Shown: positions 1-6,447, numbered from the stretch's first letter. The stretch is 12,748 nt of DNA from Candidatus Methylomirabilota bacterium (GCA_046726415.1 JBKPAK010000179.1:1-12748), one strand, 5' to 3'. Made by a program: numbers and translations. The notes: generated by a model not told the origin, from the letters alone.

Positions 1-125
1 TCGGCGCCGTGGTGAACGCGATCTGCGACGCTCTGGCCGAACTGGGCGTGGAGCACATCGAGATGCCGGCGACATCCGAGCGCGTCTGGCAGGCGATCCG
101 CGCCGCGCAGCAATCCTCGCGGTGA
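1..125 (+). CDS. Xanthine dehydrogenase family / CoxL-like molybdopterin-binding subunit, C-terminal end (5'-truncated by window)
   Basis: Frame from nt 3 reads [40 protein letters not shown], with TGA at 123-125. This matches the typical C-terminus of Mo-hydroxylase large subunits (AxxNAxxDAL..G...I.MP.T.ERVW.AI). Confidence 0.88.
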   Translation, partial: GAVVNAICDALAELGVEHIEMPATSERVWQAIRAAQQSSR

Positions 126-143
126 TGTCCCCGCCGGAACAAT

Positions 144-281
144 CGCGAAGCCGGTGAGGAAGGCGTCGCCGCGCACGGCGGTCAGCGCCTGACCGAAGAA
201 GATGTAGGCGACCACGATACTGGCCGTGACGCCGAGCGGCATCCCGAGGATGCCGCTCGAGTCGAGGTAGAGGTACACGGC
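144..281 (-). pseudogene. Internal fragment of a TRAP transporter 4TM/12TM fused permease (DctQM-like)
   Basis: Minus strand reads AVYLYLDSSGILGMPLGVTASIVVAYIFFGQALTAVRGDAFLTGFA (46 codons). It resembles the conserved YLYL..GI.G.PLGV.A..V..FI.FG..L...G...F..LA segment of fused TRAP permeases. There is no room for the rest of a several-hundred-residue gene. Confidence 0.72.
233..259. repeat. Perfect 12-bp inverted repeat with 3-nt loop
   Basis: cgagcggcatcc (233-244) / cga / ggatgccgctcg (248-259). Confidence 0.8.
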
Positions 282-305
282 ATGGTGGTGAAGGTCGTCC
301 GCACC

Positions 306-314
306 TGTTATTCT
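306..314 (+). promoter_or_regulatory. Putative extended -10 promoter (TGnTAnnnT) of the SDR gene, leaderless-type geometry
   Basis: TGTTATTCT at 306-314 lies 8 nt before ATG 323, with no Shine-Dalgarno in between. Confidence 0.5.
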
Positions 315-322
315 TGCGCGCC

Positions 323-1102
323 ATGGACACTTTGGATCTCGGACTCAAGGGTAAGGTGGCGATCGTCACGGGAGGCAGCGAGGGGTTGGGGAGGGCCGCC
401 GTCGAGCGTTTGGCCCGGTCGGGCGCGCGGATCACCATGTGTGCTCGCCGCAAGGACGTTCTCGAGCGCGCCGCCGAGGACATCAGAAAGGCGACGGGGG
501 CCGATCTCCTGCCCCTCTCGGCCGACGTGTCCCTCGCCGGGGAGTGTGAGGCCGTGGTGGCGGCGACGGTCGGACAGTACGGCGGGGTCGACATTCTCCT
601 CAACAACGCCGGCACCTCGGCGGCCGCCCCCTTTGAGAACGTCAGTGACGAGGCCTGGCAAGCGGACTTCGACCTCAAGGTCATGGGGGCTGTCCGAATG
701 TCCAGGCTCGTCATTCCCCACATGAAACAACGGGGAGGCGGCCGCATCATCAACGTCACCACCGTCGGGGGTAAGGCGCCACGGGCGCAGGGTCTGCCCA
801 CCAGCGTGTCGCGCGCGGCCGGCATCAATCTCACGAAGTCGCTCGCCAACGAATACGCCGCCGATCGCATCCTCGTGAACACCATCTGCATCGGCCTCGT
901 CAAGAGTGCCCAGATTGCCCGTCGCGCCAAGGACGGCGACGTGGAGGCGCACTACCGCGAGCTGGCCAAGCGCGTCCCAGTCGGACGGGTGGCCGACGCC
1001 AGCGAGTTCGCCGATCTGGTGGCGTTCCTCGCCTCGGAGCGGGCCGGATACATCACCGGCACGGCGATCAACTTCGACGGCGGGATGTCGTTCACGGTGT
1101 AG
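323..1102 (+). CDS. SDR family oxidoreductase, atypical FabG/BKR-like subgroup (259 aa)
   Basis: TGGSEGLG Rossmann motif, NNAG, GGRIINV, ILVNTIC.G and C-terminal YITG..I.FDGG. The YxxxK position reads TSVSR. ATG 323 was chosen over TTG 314; TTG 332 is an alternative start. Confidence 0.93.
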   Translation: MDTLDLGLKGKVAIVTGGSEGLGRAAVERLARSGARITMCARRKDVLERAAEDIRKATGADLLPLSADVSLAGECEAVVAATVGQYGGVDILLNNAGTSAAAPFENVSDEAWQADFDLKVMGAVRMSRLVIPHMKQRGGGRIINVTTVGGKAPRAQGLPTSVSRAAGINLTKSLANEYAADRILVNTICIGLVKSAQIARRAKDGDVEAHYRELAKRVPVGRVADASEFADLVAFLASERAGYITGTAINFDGGMSFTV

Positions 1103-1137
1103 AGCGAAGCCCGCTCCGGTCGATCGAGATCGGGGGC

Positions 1138-1167
1138 GACCAAGGGCGGCCGGCGCCGCCCTTGGTC
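1138..1167. terminator. Putative bidirectional hairpin terminator between convergent SDR and NIPSNAP genes
   Basis: Perfect 13-bp stem gaccaagggcggc / gccgcccttggtc with a 4-nt loop, lying between two convergent stop codons. No clear U-tract. Confidence 0.55.
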
Positions 1168-1195
1168 TCAGGTGTTTCCCGCCTTCAGGCGACCG

Positions 1196-1888
1196 TCACT
1201 TCATCGGCGAGAAGGCGGCGGGGCGCAGGATCGTCGTGGTCACCTGTTCCACGATGGGGCCGTTCTTCTCACTCTCGGCGAACACGCGGGTGCGTTCGGG
1301 GTCTTTGGCGAAGGTGTCGAACTTGGCGACGCGCTCGTCCAGGCTCTCCCACGCCAGCAAGTAGACGAGCTGGTGATCGTTACCGCCCATGCGGTTCAGC
1401 CAGTAGCCCACCTGGCGGAAGCCGTGCTTCTTGAAGGCGTCGCATGTGAAGCCGCCGAAGCGGTCGGTGATGTTGGTGATCTTCCCGGGCATGGCCTGGT
1501 ACTCGCGCAGCTCAAAGATGTAGGGACTGCGGGTGGCCGCGTCCGGTCCGTAGGGCTCGCCTCGGTCGAGCGGCGAATACGCGGTCGGCTCCATGAGCTG
1601 GTTGTACACGCGGTTCACCAGCGGCCCATCCTTCTCGGTTTCCGCCCACTTCTTGGCGCGTTCGGGATCGGCCCGCCAGGCGGCGTTCTTCTTGGTGCGC
1701 TCCTCATAGCTGTCCCAGCCCCAGATGTACACCACCTGGTTGCTCTTCTCGCCGATCATCGGGGTCCAGAAGCCGATCAATCGGAAGCCGTAGTCCTTCC
1801 ACTTGTGCACCGTGAAACTGCCAAAGCGGTCGAGGAGGGCGGGCAGCCGACTGGCGGCAACATCGTAGCGACGCAGTTCGTAGAGCAT
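1196..1888 (-). CDS. NIPSNAP family protein with two tandem NIPSNAP domains (230 aa)
   Basis: Repeated motifs YELRRY/FELREY, DRFG.FT, GFR.IGFW/GFRQVGYW, WDSYEER/WESLDER, EKDGPLV/EKNGPIV and PTAYSPL/PAAFSPMK. SD-like GAGGTG upstream of the ATG. Confidence 0.9.
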   Translation of the reverse strand: MLYELRRYDVAASRLPALLDRFGSFTVHKWKDYGFRLIGFWTPMIGEKSNQVVYIWGWDSYEERTKKNAAWRADPERAKKWAETEKDGPLVNRVYNQLMEPTAYSPLDRGEPYGPDAATRSPYIFELREYQAMPGKITNITDRFGGFTCDAFKKHGFRQVGYWLNRMGGNDHQLVYLLAWESLDERVAKFDTFAKDPERTRVFAESEKNGPIVEQVTTTILRPAAFSPMK

Positions 1889-1965
1889 GACGCACCTCGC
1901 GAAGGGATTTCGACGGGGTCAGGATACTCCACTGACCGTCCCAGTGACCTCGGGGCTCGCGCCGG

Positions 1966-3378
1966 TCACCGGCGGCGGCCGAAGAAGCGAAAGAACTCCA
2001 CCCCCTCTCGAACCCGGCGGCCGAGCATGCGGGGGCTGCGCGCGGCCTCGCCGATGAGGGCGGCAATCTTGGCCGGCCGGAAGTAGAACCCGCGATACAG
2101 CGCTTCCACCGCCCGTTCGATCTCGTCGCCGCTCAGGTGCGGGTACGCGAGCGCGCTCACCTGGTGGCCGCGGTCGTCGAGAAGCGCAGGGGCGTTCTGC
2201 AACCAGCCGGCAGCGCGCGCTTCCTGGTAGAGGGCCGTCCCCGGGTACGGGGCGGCGATGGACACCTGGATCGTGTGGGGGTCGATCTCGGTGGCGAAGC
2301 GCGCGGTCTCCGCGATGGTCTCCCGCGTTTCGCCGGGCAGACCGAGGATAAACGTCCCGTGGATGGTGATGCCGAGCTCGCGGCAGTCGCGCGTGAAGCG
2401 CCTGGCGATGTCGAGCCGGATCCCTTTCTTCACGTTGTTCAGGATCTGCTGGTTGCCCGACTCGTAGCCCACGAGGAGCAGACGCAACCCGTTGTCCCGC
2501 AGAACCTCCAGGGTCGGCCGCGGCACGTTCGCCTTCGCGTTGCACGACCACGTGACGCCGAGGCGCCCCAACCGCTTGGCGATCGCCTGCGCGCGTGGCA
2601 GATCGTCGGTGAAGGTGTCGTCGTCGAAGAAGAACTCCTTGACCTGGGGGAAGTAGCGGTGACCCAGCGCGACCTCCTCGACCACGTGGTCCACGCTGCG
2701 GGTGCGATAGCGGTGGCCGCCAACGGTCTGAGGCCAGAGGCAGAAGGTGCACTTGGAGCGGCAGCCACGCCCGGTGTAGAGCGAGATGTAGGGATGGAGC
2801 AGGTAGCCGATGAAGTAGTCCTCCACCCGGAGGTCGCGTCGGTAGACTTCGACGACGAAGGGGAGTCGGTCGAAATCCTCGAGGACGGCGCGGTCGCGCG
2901 TATGAACGATCCGGCCGCCCGAGCGGAAGCTCACGCCGTCGACGTCTTCCAGGCGCCGACCTTGCGCGACCTCCAGCACGGTGAAGTCGAACTCGTTCCG
3001 CGCCACAAAGTCGATGGCCTCCGAGCTCTGCAACGCCTGGACGGAATTCACCGCGACGTGGGCGCCCACGAACCCGAGCTGCAGGCGGGGATTCACCTCC
3101 TTCAGGGCCTCGGCGACCCGCACGTCGAAGGGGAACGACGGTGTGCTGGTATGGAGCACGACCAAATCGTAGTCTCGGGCCAACGGGACGACATCGTCGA
3201 GCCGGAGCCCTGCCGGTGGTGCGTCGACGAGACGGCTCCCCGGCACGAGCGCCGCTGGCTGGGCGAGCCACGTTGGGTACCAGAACGAACGCACCTCGCG
3301 CCGTGCCTGGTAGCGCGAGCCGGCGCCGCCGTCGAAGCCCTCGAAGGACGGAGGATGGAGGAAGAGGGTCTTCAGCAC
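1966..3378 (-). CDS. hpnJ: Hopanoid biosynthesis-associated radical SAM protein HpnJ (470 aa)
   Basis: Diagnostic N-terminus (M)LKTLFLHPPSFEGFDGGAGSRYQARREVRSFWYPTWLAQPAA, CxxxCxxC motif GRGCRSKCTFC, FFFDDDTFT and C-terminal REGVEFFRF. GTG at 3378 overlaps the hpnI stop by 7 nt. The 709-aa track ORF is over-extended. Confidence 0.95.
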   Translation of the reverse strand: MLKTLFLHPPSFEGFDGGAGSRYQARREVRSFWYPTWLAQPAALVPGSRLVDAPPAGLRLDDVVPLARDYDLVVLHTSTPSFPFDVRVAEALKEVNPRLQLGFVGAHVAVNSVQALQSSEAIDFVARNEFDFTVLEVAQGRRLEDVDGVSFRSGGRIVHTRDRAVLEDFDRLPFVVEVYRRDLRVEDYFIGYLLHPYISLYTGRGCRSKCTFCLWPQTVGGHRYRTRSVDHVVEEVALGHRYFPQVKEFFFDDDTFTDDLPRAQAIAKRLGRLGVTWSCNAKANVPRPTLEVLRDNGLRLLLVGYESGNQQILNNVKKGIRLDIARRFTRDCRELGITIHGTFILGLPGETRETIAETARFATEIDPHTIQVSIAAPYPGTALYQEARAAGWLQNAPALLDDRGHQVSALAYPHLSGDEIERAVEALYRGFYFRPAKIAALIGEAARSPRMLGRRVREGVEFFRFFGRRR

Positions 3379-4526
3379 GATCGGGTCGTGCCCACGGCGC
3401 GCACGCGCCCGCCGTGCCACACCGACAGCCGCCGGCCGCGCCAGCCCACCGTGGAGCCGAGAAAGCTCGCCACCCAGACGACGACGGACATGAGGTCGCG
3501 CAGCGGCACCAGCCAGGGTGCCCTGCGGCGCGGGAGGCCTAGCGACCCTGGCATCAGTTCGTGGACGGTCAAACGCAGGGCCAGGGCAATGACCAGCAAC
3601 GCCGTGGCCACGGGCGAGAAGCCGGAGGCGACCCAGAGCGCTCCGGCGAGCGGAAGCGCGTGAGTCAGCAGCGAAAGGGCCCACCCGATCGGCCGGGCGG
3701 ACCGGACGGTTCGAGCCCAACGAAGCTCGTGGGCAAAGAGTGCAGCGAAACTGGGTTCGGTGACGACCATTTCCACGATGGTGCCGGAGAGCACGACCCG
3801 CTGACCGCGGTTCGCCACGAGGGCAGCGAGGATGTAGTCGTCGGCAAGATAGGTCGCCAGGGCGTTGAATCCGCCGACGGCTTCGAGGGTCTCTCGCCGC
3901 AGGGCGAGGGTGGCGCCGAAGCCGAAGGGGCCCGCGCCGAGCCGCGCCGCCACCAGGACCGACGGGACGAACCATTCGTTCACGTACATGGCGCCGAGGG
4001 CGGAGGGTAGACCATCGAGGGCGCGCCCGTGATAGAGGCAGGTCACCAGGCCAATCGAAGGATCGGCCAGCGGCGTCACCACCCGGCTCAGCCATCGCGG
4101 GTCGACCCTCATGTCGCTATCGGCCACCACGACGACATCGTGCTTCGCATGCTCGTACATGTTGGCGAGGTTGCTGGCCTTGGCGTTGGGCCCAGACAGC
4201 CGGCCGTCAACCACCAGTTCGAGCCGGCAGCGGTGCCCCTCGCCGGCGAGCCGGTCCACGACACCGGCCGCCGCATCGTCGGCCGCGTGCACGCCGAAGA
4301 TGACCTCGTGTTCCGGGTAGTCCTGGGTGCAGAAGGAGCGCAGGTTGTCCTCGAGGCAGGGTTCAGCGCCGCAAAGAGGCTTCAGCACGGTCACGGGAGG
4401 CTGCCAGCCAGGTGCCTCAGGCCGACGCCGCGAGAAGGCGAGCACGCACCCAAGGGCCACCCCGAGATACACGATGGAGAGCAAGGTGGCGGCGGACAGC
4501 AGGGTCACGAGAGTCGGGGCAGTCAT
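3372..4526 (-). CDS. hpnI: Bacteriohopanetetrol glucosamine biosynthesis glycosyltransferase HpnI (GT2/GT21 ceramide-glucosyltransferase-like, 384 aa)
   Basis: N-terminal TM helix, PVTVLKPLCG, NAKASNL, ADSD (DxD), LADDY, HELRWART (QxxRW equivalent) and C-terminal TM helices. Directly upstream of and overlapping hpnJ. Confidence 0.92.
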   Translation of the reverse strand: MTAPTLVTLLSAATLLSIVYLGVALGCVLAFSRRRPEAPGWQPPVTVLKPLCGAEPCLEDNLRSFCTQDYPEHEVIFGVHAADDAAAGVVDRLAGEGHRCRLELVVDGRLSGPNAKASNLANMYEHAKHDVVVVADSDMRVDPRWLSRVVTPLADPSIGLVTCLYHGRALDGLPSALGAMYVNEWFVPSVLVAARLGAGPFGFGATLALRRETLEAVGGFNALATYLADDYILAALVANRGQRVVLSGTIVEMVVTEPSFAALFAHELRWARTVRSARPIGWALSLLTHALPLAGALWVASGFSPVATALLVIALALRLTVHELMPGSLGLPRRRAPWLVPLRDLMSVVVWVASFLGSTVGWRGRRLSVWHGGRVRAVGTTRSC

Positions 4527-4540
4527 CGCGTCTGCCTGGC

Positions 4541-4569
4541 AGCGTAACCCGCCCTCGAACCTGAACCAA
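4541..4569 (-). promoter_or_regulatory. Candidate sigma-70-type promoter immediately upstream of hpnI
   Basis: Minus strand TTGGTT (4569-4564) - 17 nt - TACGCT (4546-4541), ending 14 nt before the hpnI ATG. Confidence 0.35.
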
Positions 4570-4577
4570 TGCTGTTG

Positions 4578-4756
4578 TCACGACCGTCGCGGCGGGGCCT
4601 TCACCGCGCGATAGTCCGTCCGTCTGCGATGCTGATCCACGTCGCAGACGAGATGAGGCGCGCCCTCGATGACCAGCTTGTCGAGGGCGCCCCCCTCTCC
4701 CGGCGACGGCCACGACCTCACAGGCGAACGGCCCGATCGGTCGCCTTCTCGTTCAT
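4578..4756 (-). pseudogene. Probable decayed, frameshifted response-regulator receiver (REC) domain gene
   Basis: Three minus-strand frames give successive pieces: MNEKATDRAVRL* (4756-4718), CEVVAVAGRG (from 4722) and GALDKLVIEGAPHLVCDV (to 4638). Joined, they resemble the REC pattern D..VR.L...EVV....G.EAL..L....PDLV..D. The second frame change falls in a G-run near 4690-4701. Confidence 0.4.
4621..4690. repeat. Two tandem stem-loops
   Basis: cgtctgcgatg/cgtcgcagacg (4621-4650, one G-T pair) and gcgccctcga/tcgagggcgc (4660-4690, perfect 10 bp). Confidence 0.7.
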
Positions 4757-4772
4757 GCCCTGTCAGGCTTAC

Positions 4773-4789
4773 GGCAAGGGGAGTGCCAG
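4773..4789 (-). promoter_or_regulatory. Sigma-54 (RpoN) -24/-12 promoter motif
   Basis: Minus strand CTGGCACTCCCCTTGCC = TGGCAC-N5-TTGC with exact GG-N10-GC spacing. It is intergenic and oriented toward hpnIJ; predicted +1 near 4762. Confidence 0.7.
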
Positions 4790-4846
4790 GGCCGCCACGT
4801 CGTAAGGGCGGATTTCGCTGATCCCGGCGCGGCGCGGCGGCCCGGC

Positions 4847-4888
4847 ATGGTCTCGATTCGCGACCGCGATGTCGCGAATCGAGGCCAT
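4847..4888. repeat. 18-bp inverted repeat (one G-T mismatch, 6-nt spacer); possible enhancer site or terminator
   Basis: atggtctcgattcgcgac (4847-4864) / cgcgat / gtcgcgaatcgaggccat (4871-4888). Confidence 0.75.
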
Positions 4889-4945
4889 CGTGCGGCTGGT
4901 GACCGCGCCCAAGACTTCCGGCCGCGCGGGCCGCCGGAGGACGGA

Positions 4946-5095
4946 TTAGAGCGTGAACCCCGCGCGCACCGCGTCCTCCCGGAACATCCTGACCGTCTCC
5001 AGCGAGTCGACGTGGAGGTCTTTGCCGACTAGGGCGAGCTTGGCCAGGATATCGTTGGTGGCGGTGATGATGTGGCAGCCGACGGCGTACGTCAC
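4946..5095 (-). pseudogene. Transaldolase-family C-terminal remnant (about 49 codons)
   Basis: Reads (V)TYAVGCHIITATNDILAKLALVGKDLHVDSLETVRMFREDAVRAGFTL*, with TAA at 4946-4948. It resembles the C-terminus G(C)HIIT.T.DIL.KL...GKDL...SL.TV.MF..DA..AG..L of short transaldolases. The N-terminal barrel with the Schiff-base Lys is absent. Confidence 0.75.
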
Positions 5096-5138
5096 TGTCA
5101 AATGATACCGGACGGTCGGCCGCCGCCCCTCACAAGCC

Positions 5139-6305
5139 CTATCCCGCCACGGCACCCACGAAGCGCTCGACCTCGGCCTCGTCGTTGTAGTAGTGGACGC
5201 TGGCCCGGACGAGAGCGTCGAAGCCGCGCCCGGGCAGGTCGAGGCGCGAGGAGCGCGCCTGCGTATGCGTGACGTTGATGTTGATCGCCTGGAGCCGTTG
5301 GCGGGTCGCGGAGGGGGCCTCGCCATCCTTCAGGAAGGTGACGATCCCGCATTTTTCCGCCCCGAGGTCGTGAACGGTCACGCCCGGCAGCGTCGCCAGC
5401 TCGCGTCGCAGCATCGCCGCGAGGGCCTTGACCCGAGCCTCGATGGCCTCGATGCCCACGGCCATCGCGTAGCGGGCGGCGACCCCCAGTCCGATCTGGC
5501 CGGCCACGTACCGCTCCCAGTTCTCGAAGCGGCGGGCATCCTCGCGGATCGCATACGTGTCGGCATCGATCCAGGAGGCCGCCTCCAGGTCGATGAAGGG
5601 CGGCTCGAGGGCCTCGATGGTGTCGCGCCGCACGTAGAGGAAGCCCGTGCCGCGCGGGCCGCGCAAATATTTGCGTCCGGTGGCCGAGAGCATGTGGCAG
5701 CCGATCCGATCGACGTTGACGGTGAGCTGGCCGACCGATTGGCAGGCATCGAGCAGATAGAGGATGCCCTGCCGGGCAGCGATGCGGCCCACCTCGGCCG
5801 CCGGATTGACGAGTCCGCCCTGCGTGGGGACGTGGGTGATCGCGATGAGCCTGGTGCGCGGCCGGAGCGCTCGCTCGAGCGCGGCCACGTCCAGCTGACC
5901 GGAGGCGTCGTTGTCCACCACGTCGATCTCGATTCCCACGCGCCGCTTCATCTGCAGGAAGGCGAGATAGTTCGAGGCGTACTCGGCCCGCGCGGTGACG
6001 ACGCGATCTCCCGGACGAAAGGGGATGGCATAGAACGCCATGTCCCAGGCCCGGGTGGCGTTCTCCACGAAGGCAATCTCCTCGCGGCTCGCGCCAATCA
6101 GGGTGGCGACGGCGTCGTAGACGTCGGCCACCCGGTTCGCCGCCTCTGCGGCGGCTTCGTAGCCGCCGATGGCGGCCTCTCGCCGGAGATGGCCCATCAC
6201 CGCGTCGACGACCGGGCGCGGCGGCAAGGCAGAGCCTGCGTTGTTGAAGTGCAGGACGTTGGCGACGCCGGGCGTGTCGGATCTCAGAAGCGGAACGTCG
6301 AGCAT
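5139..6305 (-). CDS. Aminotransferase class V-fold PLP-dependent enzyme (EgtE/C-S lyase-like, 388 aa)
   Basis: [49 protein letters not shown] (PLP Lys) and [12 protein letters not shown] 6305 was chosen; GTG 6308 is an alternative. The 506-aa track ORF is over-extended. Confidence 0.9.
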   Translation of the reverse strand: MLDVPLLRSDTPGVANVLHFNNAGSALPPRPVVDAVMGHLRREAAIGGYEAAAEAANRVADVYDAVATLIGASREEIAFVENATRAWDMAFYAIPFRPGDRVVTARAEYASNYLAFLQMKRRVGIEIDVVDNDASGQLDVAALERALRPRTRLIAITHVPTQGGLVNPAAEVGRIAARQGILYLLDACQSVGQLTVNVDRIGCHMLSATGRKYLRGPRGTGFLYVRRDTIEALEPPFIDLEAASWIDADTYAIREDARRFENWERYVAGQIGLGVAARYAMAVGIEAIEARVKALAAMLRRELATLPGVTVHDLGAEKCGIVTFLKDGEAPSATRQRLQAININVTHTQARSSRLDLPGRGFDALVRASVHYYNDEAEVERFVGAVAG

Positions 6306-6447
6306 CACCGGCTCGTGCTCGTGCTCACCGCGCTTTTCGCGATCTCGACCGTTCCGAGCCTCAGCTGGCCGTTTCTCTGAATTCGCGCAACACGTCCAAC
6401 TGTCCCTCCGACAAGCTGAGGCCTCCCGGTGGCTCGGCGATAGCGGG

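Noticed and set aside
2137..3663. Long antisense ORFs (e.g. 308-952, 1172-2086, 2137-3663, 5193-6380, 6169-7344, 7413-8231, 8367-9860, 10503-11483)
   Set aside because: Shadow ORFs expected in high-GC DNA opposite well-supported genes; no recognisable motifs.
3379..4095. N-terminal 239-aa extension of the 709-aa ORF, suggesting a fused HpnJ
   Set aside because: It is an alternative frame inside hpnI with Arg/Pro-rich non-protein-like composition. HpnJ similarity begins at GTG 3378.
4805..4830. IHF site between the dyad and the sigma-54 motif
   Set aside because: GATCAG-cgaa-ATC is a poor match to WATCAR-N4-TTR and there is no flanking A-tract.
6358..6422. SAM-I riboswitch, suggested by GGAGGGAC upstream of a sulfur-type PLP enzyme
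   Set aside because: It lacks the AUC/GAU P1 core and the GCAAC element; only a short word matches.
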